From a virus (Duplodnaviria > Caudoviricetes): a stretch of DNA of 27,488 bases. Below are positions 6,981 to 16,257 of this stretch, piece after piece. The stretch is from positions 1 to 27,488 of IMG/VR virus record IMGVR_UViG_3300043296_000027; one strand, written 5' to 3'. The notes under the pieces are model-generated. The model saw only the letters and a list, made by a program, of their open reading frames with translations, made no database searches and was not told the origin of the DNA. How positions within the stretch are numbered: the first letter of the stretch is position 1; every line of letters begins with the position of its first letter. The translations under genes and the position numbers were made by a program.

Positions 6981-7712
6981 TTACTCCCATCCTTTCACAA
7001 TTTCGTTGTACTTCTCAATGCTCCAACTTTTGGAGCGACGTTCCATCTGTTCTTCCTGATCTTTGTGCAGGCTTTCAGTGGTAAAAAAACCTTCACGTTT
7101 TATCGGTACATCACCTTCTGCTTCTCGTGCGTCCACTTCAGTTTGGAGAAGTGAGTTGCGGTTACTTGCAATCGTTTCTTTAAGGTGTCGCTCGACGTCC
7201 GCGTAAGTATTAATCGAGTCGTCGTTCTTCCACCTTCTCTTGTTCAATGCGTACCATCGATTAACTGCAGCTGCCCACTCGAACGGTGTGTCCGACCGGA
7301 AGGCATCGTGTATTAATCGACGTCTCTCTCTACCACCACCACCTTGTTGCTGATCAAGCCGGTGACCAAATTCGTGTGCCCAGATCTGCGGGTTAGCATT
7401 CGATGCACCAACTGCTGCAACTGTATCCGGACCCGGTGCTTCAATTCCTTTTTCCCTCAGCTTGTCAGCGATGGGTCCGTACCTACCAATCTCCATGATT
7501 GATTCAGAATCTGGACCTCGATACATCCCCTGCAAATTATAGTTACCAACAGGTAACAGTCGTGCTCTTTCCGCCTCCACTACTCCTTGAAGTTGCGGGC
7601 CACCTTGACTGACCACCTCGCCTTCGAACTCCATGTCCCAGAGCTGCGCTTGTAAAGCATACGCCGCATCCTCTTCCGGAGTAGAGTCAGGCCAAGGTGC
7701 TTTCTCTGGCAC
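6981..7712 (-). CDS. Putative zinc metallopeptidase-like protein (HExxH), 243 aa
   Basis: GAGGAGG RBS then GTG at 7712 overlapping the upstream TAG; QIWAHEFGHRLD motif (HEFGH at 7362-7376). Confidence 0.6.
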   Translation of the reverse strand: MPEKAPWPDSTPEEDAAYALQAQLWDMEFEGEVVSQGGPQLQGVVEAERARLLPVGNYNLQGMYRGPDSESIMEIGRYGPIADKLREKGIEAPGPDTVAAVGASNANPQIWAHEFGHRLDQQQGGGGRERRRLIHDAFRSDTPFEWAAAVNRWYALNKRRWKNDDSINTYADVERHLKETIASNRNSLLQTEVDAREAEGDVPIKREGFFTTESLHKDQEEQMERRSKSWSIEKYNEIVKGWE

Positions 7713-8452
7713 TAATGATACCTCCTCACTCGACGTGGTTGCGCAGCACGCATGAGACCACCGTGTGCAAAGCCACCCCACGTAGGTACGTTACCTACTC
7801 TGAGCGAACCGAGGGCTCCCATCGGTACCTGCTCTGCTATCTCAAGTGGAAATTCTTCGTCCATTGATGCCGCTCCCGCAGCCACTGCTGCCGTAGCTGC
7901 TGCACCAGTTCCCGACAAGCCAGCCATGAATGTAGATGATGCTGGTATCGCAGCCGTGAGTCCGCCCACGGTACTTCCTGCAGCGGTACCTGCTCCTGCA
8001 CCAGCCGCAGCACCTGCACCGGGAGCGAGTGCACCGAGTGCTCCGCCTGCGTAGATCGATGCAACTGTCGCAGCTATCTGATGGTTTCGAGCAGCCTTCT
8101 CCGCGATCTTCGGATCACCACCTTGCTCGACGTAGTCCACAAACCTCTGACTGGTTGCGCCACCCAACTGGTTGATGATGGGGTCGTAATCTGTACCGAG
8201 AGCTTCGTTCCACAGCTTCGTGCTGAACGGATCGAAGGACCCGTAAAGAATGCGCCCCGGATTACGCATGAGATCGTCCCAGATCTGTTTGAAGTGGAAC
8301 TTCTCGAAGTCAAGGCCAAGCTCTTCCCCGACTCCCTTCTCCAGCTTCTTTATGTGACCGAAGGGATCTCCCGGATCTTGCTTGATCCCGAGTGCCTTTC
8401 GCGTCTTCTTATGGAGGCCGAGAGGATCGGTGAGTGTACTGAAGAGACCCAT
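7712..8452 (-). CDS. Probable internal virion / DNA-transfer protein with Gly/Ala-rich hydrophobic segment
   Basis: MGLF start, long A/G-rich hydrophobic stretch as in podovirus small ejection proteins, C-terminal FAHGGL. Confidence 0.55.
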   Translation of the reverse strand: MGLFSTLTDPLGLHKKTRKALGIKQDPGDPFGHIKKLEKGVGEELGLDFEKFHFKQIWDDLMRNPGRILYGSFDPFSTKLWNEALGTDYDPIINQLGGATSQRFVDYVEQGGDPKIAEKAARNHQIAATVASIYAGGALGALAPGAGAAAGAGAGTAAGSTVGGLTAAIPASSTFMAGLSGTGAAATAAVAAGAASMDEEFPLEIAEQVPMGALGSLRVGNVPTWGGFAHGGLMRAAQPRRVRRYH

Positions 8453-9015
8453 TACTTTTCGACCTCCCCGGTGCGTCCGTCGATCAGTGCGTTGTCGGAC
8501 TTCGGTTTAATCAGTGACAGGATGCTGGACATGACTTCCATCCTCGTCTCGTCACGAATACCAATGGGTGCTCCTTCCGTGCCGCTGTGCTCAGTGTGTT
8601 TACGATCAGCCCAGTTCTTCCGCTGGCGATTGGTCAGCCACAACTTGATCGCTTGCACGTCAGGTTTGTAATGCTTGATGGTGTCGGCACGGATGACCTC
8701 ACCGTCCCACATCATTATCTTTTCTTCGTCGTGCGTGTAGCCGGTCGCTGTCTGGAACAGTGCGTTCAGCACTGCAGCATCCGCATCGGTGTAACCATCT
8801 TCGACAGCTCTTTTGAACGTAGGGTACTGTGCCTTCCAGATGCCCAGCTGCCTGCGACTGATGTCAAACACCTCAGAGATGTCGTCTTCGTCGAAGCCGT
8901 TCATCATGATCGCGCGGATCTGATCTGGGTAGTCAGGCAGGAATACACGGGAGCCAGCGGACAGTATCTGACCGTGTCGGTTCCTCGCCTTGCGATTGAT
9001 ACGTTTCGCTGGCAC
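8452..9015 (-). CDS. terS: Terminase small subunit-like protein
   Basis: HTH (DEDDISEVFDISRRQLGIWKAQYPTF), ADAAVLNALFQTATGY, KHYKPDVQAIKLWLTNRQRKNW.DR..EHSG, all typical of a widespread TerS family. Confidence 0.8.
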   Translation of the reverse strand: MPAKRINRKARNRHGQILSAGSRVFLPDYPDQIRAIMMNGFDEDDISEVFDISRRQLGIWKAQYPTFKRAVEDGYTDADAAVLNALFQTATGYTHDEEKIMMWDGEVIRADTIKHYKPDVQAIKLWLTNRQRKNWADRKHTEHSGTEGAPIGIRDETRMEVMSSILSLIKPKSDNALIDGRTGEVEK

Positions 9016-11336
9016 TACTGGTCCTCACCTGATAAGAAGTCCAGTACGTTCTTAGGGAGCTGCCCAATCTCACCAAAGGCTGCTTGAGTTTGCTCGACCG
9101 CGTAGTCAACGACGTCTTTACCTGCCTCCTTGAGAGAGTCACGTGAGATGTTCACCTCTGGGAAGTGGTAGTTGTTTCCCTTCCACTGTTTCTCGGCAGC
9201 AAGCATGTACGGGCGTAACGAATCCATGAGGAAAGCAGTTAATTTCTCATCACCTCTCGTGTGCGCCAATTGCAGCAAACGATTACGAACGAAGTTGCTC
9301 TGGTAAGCGTGACCTGCGCCAGCTGTAAAAGCACCCACTCCAACGAACGCTTCCAACATGCCAGCTATCCATGCACCACCACCACCGACAGCAGCAACCA
9401 TACCTGCACCTGCTGCAGTCTTCTCCGCAGATGCAGACAGACGTAAGTACTCACGCATGCCCGTGAGCATCTGCTGCTCTTCAGGACTAAACCATGCTGC
9501 GATGACCTTCCTGTTTGTAGGTGCGTTAAGCCACGTCATGAACTTCTGCGCATTTGCATTGCCCGGTGCATCCGCGTGCCACGTCGCGTCCTCCAAACCA
9601 TTCATAAGCCAGCGGTTCTTAAGAGCTGTTTTACCTTCAGGTGTCAGTCGTTCAAACAAATCAGTCATTATCGCTGACTTATTAGATGTCATCACTCCAT
9701 CGATAACAGCATCATCGATGTTGTTATTCAAGATTGCTTTCCTCAGGACACCCTCCGTGACTTCCTCCGCCTCTTTCGCCCACGCACGTTCTATCATCTC
9801 TTGCGCACGTCTTGGACCAGTCTGCGAGCCTTTGCCATAGTACGGAACGTTCTCTAGCATCTCCTGTTGCTTACCCCAGAAGCGTTGGTTCGTCATGCGT
9901 TCAACAAACGACTCCATTACACGGGTGCCATAGTTCGACTCAACATCGATGCCATATTTTTTAGCCAGCTCTGTCAATGAGTCGATGCGTTCCTGCACCA
10001 TGCGTTTACGCGCACGACCAGTACCGACGATAGGAATACGTTCAACAATTTTGGCGAAGATAGCCATCGGTGGCGTGATGCGTTCCTGCAATACATCTTG
10101 CGTCATCAGTCTGCGACCAGTCGTATCCGCGAACTCCATGGCAGCAGTTTTACCCGCGAGTTCTGCTACATCACCCTCGGGGATGGCACCTCTCAGATAG
10201 CTGGGAATTTTTGTTGCCACCCTGATAAGAGGATCGAAGACGTAGTCAGGCACCACACCTAGTAAAGTTGACAGAGCGACCTCAGCTTTGTTGAACTCGC
10301 CTCCGACCTGCGCATGTCCAGCTTGTATAGCTGTCTCAGTAAGCGCAGAGCCAGCCATCATAGCTTTAGCGCTTGCTGCACGAGCCTGACGTACTGCCAA
10401 TCGACGTGCCGTCTCACTCGCAGCTTTTACAGCTGCTTGACGCGCACCCGCTGACGCAACAGTAGCCCAACGACCGGTAGGCGTGTACATGCTACCAATG
10501 CCGATGATCTGCAGTGCATCCATCATGCTGAAGCCCGGACGATTGACCAGTGCCATCAGCGGCTGTCCATTAGCGTCCCTCCGGTGGTTGTTGACCAAGA
10601 TAAGTGCACCATCAGGCGCAACCATATGACTAACACCGGGGAACATCGCAACGCTTTCCATCTCCCCTGTCGTGGGGTTCTCGAACTCAACCCGCTGCGT
10701 CATGGTGTCCACAATCTCTTGCGGATCCGTCATCGTCAGCGTTGCCATGCTCATGCCGAAGTTCTCAGCGAGCTGTCCAAGACCATCGATTCTGATCGGA
10801 GGCATAAACGGCGTACCCGTCATCGCGGAAGCAGCTGCCGCCTGTTCCCAGCCACCCATCCGGTCGAGTGCTTCTTCATCAATGCTCATTCTTACATCTG
10901 TCTCGGGCAAGAACATTGACAAACCTGCTTCCATGCTCGCCATCTCAGGGAGTTGAATCGATGCACGTGATGTACCACGCTCCTCAGGGAAGGGAGACAA
11001 CTCTGGCATCCCCTTTGGAGTTACGATGTCGGCGGGCTGGGCAGATCCAAAATCCATCTCCCCAAACGGATCGTTAGCAGGATCTCCCCAGAAATCAGCG
11101 AACGGATCATCGTACGCCTGACCAAACTGACCTTCAGGCGGCATTATCTCGGGTGTACCCAGCTCCTGAGCCATCAGTGCGATGTTCTCTTCCTCGGCAG
11201 ACTTCCCTGAGATTGCAAGGTCCGAACGCATGTTGAGGATCTCCTCCTCGGTGGGCTCTTCCTCACGCCCTTCCATCTCACCCATCATTTGCTGCAAGCG
11301 GATGTCGGCCTGCACTTCTTCTTCAGGTCTGGACAT
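9015..11336 (-). CDS. Large internal virion / ejection protein (773 aa)
   Basis: Helical, Ala-rich, hydrophobic patches, VNRPGFSMMD segment; last and largest of the ejection-like block. Confidence 0.6.
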   Translation of the reverse strand: MSRPEEEVQADIRLQQMMGEMEGREEEPTEEEILNMRSDLAISGKSAEEENIALMAQELGTPEIMPPEGQFGQAYDDPFADFWGDPANDPFGEMDFGSAQPADIVTPKGMPELSPFPEERGTSRASIQLPEMASMEAGLSMFLPETDVRMSIDEEALDRMGGWEQAAAASAMTGTPFMPPIRIDGLGQLAENFGMSMATLTMTDPQEIVDTMTQRVEFENPTTGEMESVAMFPGVSHMVAPDGALILVNNHRRDANGQPLMALVNRPGFSMMDALQIIGIGSMYTPTGRWATVASAGARQAAVKAASETARRLAVRQARAASAKAMMAGSALTETAIQAGHAQVGGEFNKAEVALSTLLGVVPDYVFDPLIRVATKIPSYLRGAIPEGDVAELAGKTAAMEFADTTGRRLMTQDVLQERITPPMAIFAKIVERIPIVGTGRARKRMVQERIDSLTELAKKYGIDVESNYGTRVMESFVERMTNQRFWGKQQEMLENVPYYGKGSQTGPRRAQEMIERAWAKEAEEVTEGVLRKAILNNNIDDAVIDGVMTSNKSAIMTDLFERLTPEGKTALKNRWLMNGLEDATWHADAPGNANAQKFMTWLNAPTNRKVIAAWFSPEEQQMLTGMREYLRLSASAEKTAAGAGMVAAVGGGGAWIAGMLEAFVGVGAFTAGAGHAYQSNFVRNRLLQLAHTRGDEKLTAFLMDSLRPYMLAAEKQWKGNNYHFPEVNISRDSLKEAGKDVVDYAVEQTQAAFGEIGQLPKNVLDFLSGEDQ

Positions 11337-12736
11337 TAGAGTGGTGCTCCTAATTGACGGAGAGGTACGATCATATCCTCTGGAATCTTAGCTCTCTGTC
11401 GGAACGATTCGATGATTCTTCGCTGCTCCTCAGGGTTACCTTGATTCGCCTCAATAAGCTGCATCAACTTATCGCGCGTTGCCTGAGGTATGGGAGGAGG
11501 ACCTGTCTCCCGCTCTTTGACCTGCAACATCTCTGCACTCTCTTTCTGGAATCGTAGGTACTGATTCTTCCACAGCTGAGCTTCTTGGTTACCCGGTGAT
11601 TCTGCCAACATCTGCGCAGCGAACTCCCCACGCTCGATGATCTCGCCCATCTTGATCATACCCAAACCGATGATCGCGACGTTTTCTGAGACGCCTTTGC
11701 CCAGTCCTGCGTTCAGTTCTGCCATCTTCTTGTATTCGAAGTCGGTCTTGCTACCTGTCAACGTCAACAGATCAGCAAGTACCTGATCACCGAACAGTCG
11801 ATGCAGTTTAGCGAGTGTCGTGTTGTCCGTGATGGCTGCATCACTGATGCCAGCCCACATTGCAACCTGACGTATGGCTTCGTTAAGACCACTCGTGTTC
11901 TCATCCAAGGTCATCAACAGATTGTGCGCCTTCCTCAACCGCAGGATGGCAGGCATCATTTTGATACCGTCATTGGCTTGTTTGTTAGCTGTCTGAACCG
12001 CTAAGGTTGCAGTGTTCGTTGCTACTGCCTGTGCAGCTGCTTGCGACGGATCCTTCCTCGGATCTACCATGATCCATGGATCTCCCGGTGTGCCATCAGG
12101 ATTTATCTGACGCTCAATGCGCGAGACGGTAGTACCGTCAGGCTGCATAATAATGCTGACGATGTTGCGCTCGGCTTGCGCCTCCGTGATTTCATTATTT
12201 GCGATGCGTATTTTATCAGCCGGAGAGATGACATCTCGCAGACCTACGACACGTGCACGGCTGTTGCCTTTGAAGCCTTCCAAGTTAGCGAGCGAGTCGA
12301 AGTAGTCACCTGCGATCTCGTACTCACGATGAAGCATGCGCTCTTCTTCCTCTGCTATCGCTTGTTCTTGCTCGAACGATTGCGCATTCACGTCACGCAG
12401 TGCGCCCGCAGCGTAGCCAACGTTCTCACCGAACGCACCGGTCTTCGTTGGCGACAGCATTGCCTGTGCAAGTGCGAGCCACCTGTCCTGTTCGGCACCC
12501 TTCTGCTGCCTCGTCCGACGTTCTGCTAAGGTGTTACGTGACTCACGCAGACGAGCCATGGCATCGTCCTTGGTCATCGTCGCCATCTTGCGCAGCTCGA
12601 CTAACGGATCGACCTCTGCAAGGATCTCTTCGGTACCGGTCGCTGCTGACACATCAAAGGACGTATCTTCTTCTTCCTCCTCGAACTCGGGGGAAAGTGT
12701 CAACGCTGCCAGTCCACCTGCTTGAAAGTTTCTCAT
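11336..12736 (-). CDS. Internal virion / ejection protein (466 aa)
   Basis: TGATG overlap gives the start MRNFQAGGL; coiled coil; LALAQAMLSPTKTGAFGE and LTGSKTDFEY segments resemble podovirus ejection proteins. Confidence 0.6.
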   Translation of the reverse strand: MRNFQAGGLAALTLSPEFEEEEEDTSFDVSAATGTEEILAEVDPLVELRKMATMTKDDAMARLRESRNTLAERRTRQQKGAEQDRWLALAQAMLSPTKTGAFGENVGYAAGALRDVNAQSFEQEQAIAEEEERMLHREYEIAGDYFDSLANLEGFKGNSRARVVGLRDVISPADKIRIANNEITEAQAERNIVSIIMQPDGTTVSRIERQINPDGTPGDPWIMVDPRKDPSQAAAQAVATNTATLAVQTANKQANDGIKMMPAILRLRKAHNLLMTLDENTSGLNEAIRQVAMWAGISDAAITDNTTLAKLHRLFGDQVLADLLTLTGSKTDFEYKKMAELNAGLGKGVSENVAIIGLGMIKMGEIIERGEFAAQMLAESPGNQEAQLWKNQYLRFQKESAEMLQVKERETGPPPIPQATRDKLMQLIEANQGNPEEQRRIIESFRQRAKIPEDMIVPLRQLGAPL

Positions 12737-14058
12737 CAGTCCTGTTTCCATTTCAGTTCGATGTTCTTTTTGGATGCATTCTCATTAGCCAATGTGTGAC
12801 CACCCAAGACACCAATACTATCGGTAGGGTCAGGGCGAAGGTTTTGTGCCCATGCGCTCAACCCACCCCACGCAGTTTTACCAAGCCCGTACATCTTCTT
12901 CCACGCTGCCGTGGCGAGTCCCCCGATGCTGTACTCCTCGGGAATGTATCCGCCTTCAGCCATTACTTTTGGGTACGCATACCCACCCTCCGCGTAGTCG
13001 CTCACGTCTTCGTACTCACCTTCAATGTAACCACCTTCCGCTTCGCCGCTCGGATTCATTCCGCGATACACACCGTACGCGCCAACAATTTGTGACAACG
13101 GTGACGGCTGGTAAATCGAAGCCGGTCCAAAGTCGGTGCGAGTTTGCGTCCTGTCCATCGGCAAGCCACGAATAGCTTGGTTCATGAATGCAACACGGTC
13201 GAACGGCAAGTTGCGCTGTTCGAGGAAGTCGGCGTAAGCCATGTCGAGGCTCGCCTGATTGAGACCTTGTTGCTGAGCACCGATGCCCTCCATTGCTGCT
13301 GCATCTGTAAGACCCATGCGTTGAGCTTCTGAACCCAGCATGCCAAGACCTTCGGCACCTCGGTACATGCTCGTCGCACCCGCTTCTTCGAGTGCACCGA
13401 CGATGCGTGCCATCTCTGCGGAACGCGACTGGTCACCAGCAAAGATGTCTGCGCCTTGACCGTACGCTCCGTGAAGTGCTTCGAGCCGCTGGGCTTCGAG
13501 ACCTTCCTGAATGTCACGTCCACCTCGCATGGCAATGTCTTCCATCGAGCCGGTGCCACCACGGGATCCATACTGACCTGCGCCTCCGAACATGCCGGAG
13601 AGGCGAGGCATAAATTCTTCTTCCAGTGTTCGCGTGGCGAGCGCCTCCTGTCGGTCGAGCACGTTCCCGATGTACGGGCTCATGTAAGACTCGGCGACAC
13701 CTTCGTCAGTCCACGCTTGCGATCCTCTTTCGACGAAGGGAGATGCCGCACGTCCAATGTTCGCAGCGCGACTGAGACCACCACCGTAACCAGCTGCTGC
13801 GCCTTCGAGGTAAGGCTGGTACGCACCTGTTTGCGCTTCTACCATGCCGAACGCAGCTTGTTGCTCGGGCGTGAAGCCTGCGATCCTCGGACCACCGTAC
13901 GGGATGTACGGCTCAGCAGCGGCTGCGTTCGCTCGTGCGATCAACCCCTGCGTGTAATCCGACATCCATTTTGGGATGCCCTCGACGGTCTGCCCTTCAG
14001 TTGTAACCGATTGTGGAGGCTTTCCCTCAAACAGAAAGTCAATATTGCTATCTGGCAT
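12736..14058 (-). CDS. Internal virion / DNA-transfer protein (440 aa)
   Basis: IPKWM..PYIPYGGPRIAGFTPEQQAAF, YMSPYIGNV, GAQQQGLNQASLDMAYADFLEQRNLP pattern of podovirus ejection proteins; four tandem xxGG motifs near the C-terminus. Confidence 0.65.
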   Translation of the reverse strand: MPDSNIDFLFEGKPPQSVTTEGQTVEGIPKWMSDYTQGLIARANAAAAEPYIPYGGPRIAGFTPEQQAAFGMVEAQTGAYQPYLEGAAAGYGGGLSRAANIGRAASPFVERGSQAWTDEGVAESYMSPYIGNVLDRQEALATRTLEEEFMPRLSGMFGGAGQYGSRGGTGSMEDIAMRGGRDIQEGLEAQRLEALHGAYGQGADIFAGDQSRSAEMARIVGALEEAGATSMYRGAEGLGMLGSEAQRMGLTDAAAMEGIGAQQQGLNQASLDMAYADFLEQRNLPFDRVAFMNQAIRGLPMDRTQTRTDFGPASIYQPSPLSQIVGAYGVYRGMNPSGEAEGGYIEGEYEDVSDYAEGGYAYPKVMAEGGYIPEEYSIGGLATAAWKKMYGLGKTAWGGLSAWAQNLRPDPTDSIGVLGGHTLANENASKKNIELKWKQD

Positions 14059-15983
14059 TACGATCTCCCCGCTGCGGCTCGAAGCCGTCCCATGTAAGCC
14101 TCAGGCGACTTGGCCTTATGGCTGAAGCCACCCTTCATCAGGTTCTTCGCTTTGTGCTTACGCATGTTCGAGCGCATCTCATCCAACCGACTTGCGCCTG
14201 CCTTACCGGATCCGTCACCCAAGAGTGCCACCGTTTCTGCGTCTATGACGTACTCACCGTCGCTCAGTCGCGCCGGAATGTCGTCGGACCTACCAGTGCC
14301 CGGTCCCTGCGTGTAGCCACCACCAGCGCTCACAGCGGGTGCAGCGCGTGGTACGTCGGCGTTCTGAGCCCAGTAATCGAAGTGACCTCCACGTTGGAAG
14401 CCCGTGCCCTGACCCAGCTGTTGTGGAGGCATCCATGTCTGCGTGTTGGGATCCAACGTGTAGCCAGCTGCTTGAATCTGCTGACCACCATCTCCGACCA
14501 TGGCTTGTGGAATAGGCTGACCTGCCGCGATCATCTGAGCGATGCCTCCCACCCCGCCCAGTCCACCAGCGGGACCGGGATGTGTCGGCGTGCCGGTCTC
14601 ACCAGAGAAAGGATCAGGCGTGATGAACAAGCTCTCGCCTGTGATAGGCGCACCGGGCTGTCCGTATGTGTAGTAAGCATTCGGATCGGTCGGGCCGATG
14701 AACTGACGATTGCTGTCGTAAAGAGGCAGCGGCTTGTTGAAACCCTCAGGTTGGGTGAAATCAGGTGCGCCCTCTTCTTCGCCACCACTCAGTGCGCCCA
14801 TCGCTGCCATGATTGGCAGTCCGTACTTCATCAGGTTACCGGTATCACCACCAGCTGCAGGAGTTGTCGTGCCTCCGGCGGGAGTCACCACAGGTGCCGG
14901 AGGACCGGAAGGACCACCGGGCTCACCGTAACCGGGAATCGGTTCTGGCGGACCCATCTCGCCCGGTGCAAGGCCACCGGATGGATCAAGTGACCGCGCT
15001 TGTGCGAGTGCACCTTCTGTTCCCGCTCTCGCGGCTTCACGTGCCATCGCAGTTTCTGGCGACTCAGCTCTCGCAAGGATGCCGCCTTCAGCGGGACCTT
15101 CGAGCCCCAGCATCTCCTGACCTCTGCCTGCGATGTTCTCTATCGTCGGCTGCATCATCTGGGTCAGTGCACCGGACATGGCACCTTCCATGAAGTCGCC
15201 ACCGGTTAATGAAGAACCTGCGCCACTCGCCAGACTGGATCCGACGATGGCTGCAGTGCTGTCGGACAGTCCGGGTGCAACAGTTTTTATCATGTCGCCC
15301 GTCACCGCACCGAGACCTCCAGCGATAGCACCTGTCATTGCACCCGTTGCGAAGTCACCACCACCGGCAGCGGACATGCCACCGCGCAGCAGTGCGTTGC
15401 CGACAATAGAAGCCCCGGCTCCTGACACGCCCGGTATCAGACCACCGATCCACGTGCCGAGTCCGGGAGCGAACATGCTCAGTGCGATTGGAGCAACGAT
15501 CTGGAAGATCTTGGAACTGAAGACTTTTTTCACTGCCTTCTTCACGCTCTTCCAAATCTTGGAGAAGAATCCGTACTCAGGCATGCCGGTGTTCGGGTTG
15601 ATGTCAGCCTTACCCCACATGCCTTCAAGGACGCCTAACTCTTCAGGCGTCATGTGCACCATCATCGAGTCACCGTTGCGTCCACCTCGACGTGTCGTCT
15701 CAGCAGCTTTCGCCAGACCACCTTCGGCCTTCTCGACGTAGCCACCGATCTCGTACAGCTTCACCTTTTTGGTTTCCGATGACTTGACACCTGCCTTCTT
15801 CAGCAACTCGGTTGCAGCAAATGAGTAAAGCAGCTCAGGACCACCCGGTATGGATTCGATCAGCTCCGCAGCATCAACGACCTCTTGGTCGCCGCCCTGC
15901 TCCACCAGCATGGAAGCCAGACCTCGTCTTGCACGGATGCCTTCAGCAGCTGCCGGTACTCTGGAAGTATTTTGTGTAGCCAT
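14058..15983 (-). CDS. Internal virion / ejection protein (641 aa)
   Basis: GRNGDSMMVHMTPEE..INPNTGMPEY module, amphipathic helix, Gly-rich hydrophobic region, C-terminal GPGTGRSDDIPARLSDGEYV module also familiar from tape-measure protein C-termini. Confidence 0.7.
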   Translation of the reverse strand: MATQNTSRVPAAAEGIRARRGLASMLVEQGGDQEVVDAAELIESIPGGPELLYSFAATELLKKAGVKSSETKKVKLYEIGGYVEKAEGGLAKAAETTRRGGRNGDSMMVHMTPEELGVLEGMWGKADINPNTGMPEYGFFSKIWKSVKKAVKKVFSSKIFQIVAPIALSMFAPGLGTWIGGLIPGVSGAGASIVGNALLRGGMSAAGGGDFATGAMTGAIAGGLGAVTGDMIKTVAPGLSDSTAAIVGSSLASGAGSSLTGGDFMEGAMSGALTQMMQPTIENIAGRGQEMLGLEGPAEGGILARAESPETAMAREAARAGTEGALAQARSLDPSGGLAPGEMGPPEPIPGYGEPGGPSGPPAPVVTPAGGTTTPAAGGDTGNLMKYGLPIMAAMGALSGGEEEGAPDFTQPEGFNKPLPLYDSNRQFIGPTDPNAYYTYGQPGAPITGESLFITPDPFSGETGTPTHPGPAGGLGGVGGIAQMIAAGQPIPQAMVGDGGQQIQAAGYTLDPNTQTWMPPQQLGQGTGFQRGGHFDYWAQNADVPRAAPAVSAGGGYTQGPGTGRSDDIPARLSDGEYVIDAETVALLGDGSGKAGASRLDEMRSNMRKHKAKNLMKGGFSHKAKSPEAYMGRLRAAAGRS

Positions 15984-15987
15984 CGCT

Positions 15988-16257
15988 CTATCCCATAAAA
16001 TTTGTAGTTGAAAACAATCTCATTGCCCAGTCTTTCCAGTCGTCGTAATCGTAAGGGTCAGGCACATCTTGCCCCAACGCATCGACCCCACCATACACAC
16101 CGACTGCCCACGCTTGCCACTCCGCAGCATCATCCAAGCGTGGGTAATTAGGATCCGATCCGCTCAGCTCGTCAGAGAAAAAACCCAGCTCACCAGTCAT
16201 CCGGTCAGCCCACTGAATCACCTCAGTGTCAGCGAAGCCTCGGGGATCGATGATCAT
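15988..16257 (-). CDS. Small acidic Trp-rich hypothetical virion-module protein
   Basis: ATGA overlap with the nozzle gene; WQAWA..VPDPYDYDDWKDWA. Confidence 0.7.
   Translation of the reverse strand: MIIDPRGFADTEVIQWADRMTGELGFFSDELSGSDPNYPRLDDAAEWQAWAVGVYGGVDALGQDVPDPYDYDDWKDWAMRLFSTTNFMG

Noticed and set aside
7713-7781. Track N-terminal extension of the HExxH ORF, and similar extensions at 6990, 12751, 21620, 21879 and 25197
   Set aside because: Downstream starts have clear RBSs or stop/start overlaps, while the extensions overlap upstream genes.
12400-14993. Long + strand ORFs (231, 213 and 326 aa) and other antisense ORFs such as 8081..8671 and 22436..23134
   Set aside because: Shadow frames opposite well-supported, translationally coupled - strand genes; no recognisable motifs.
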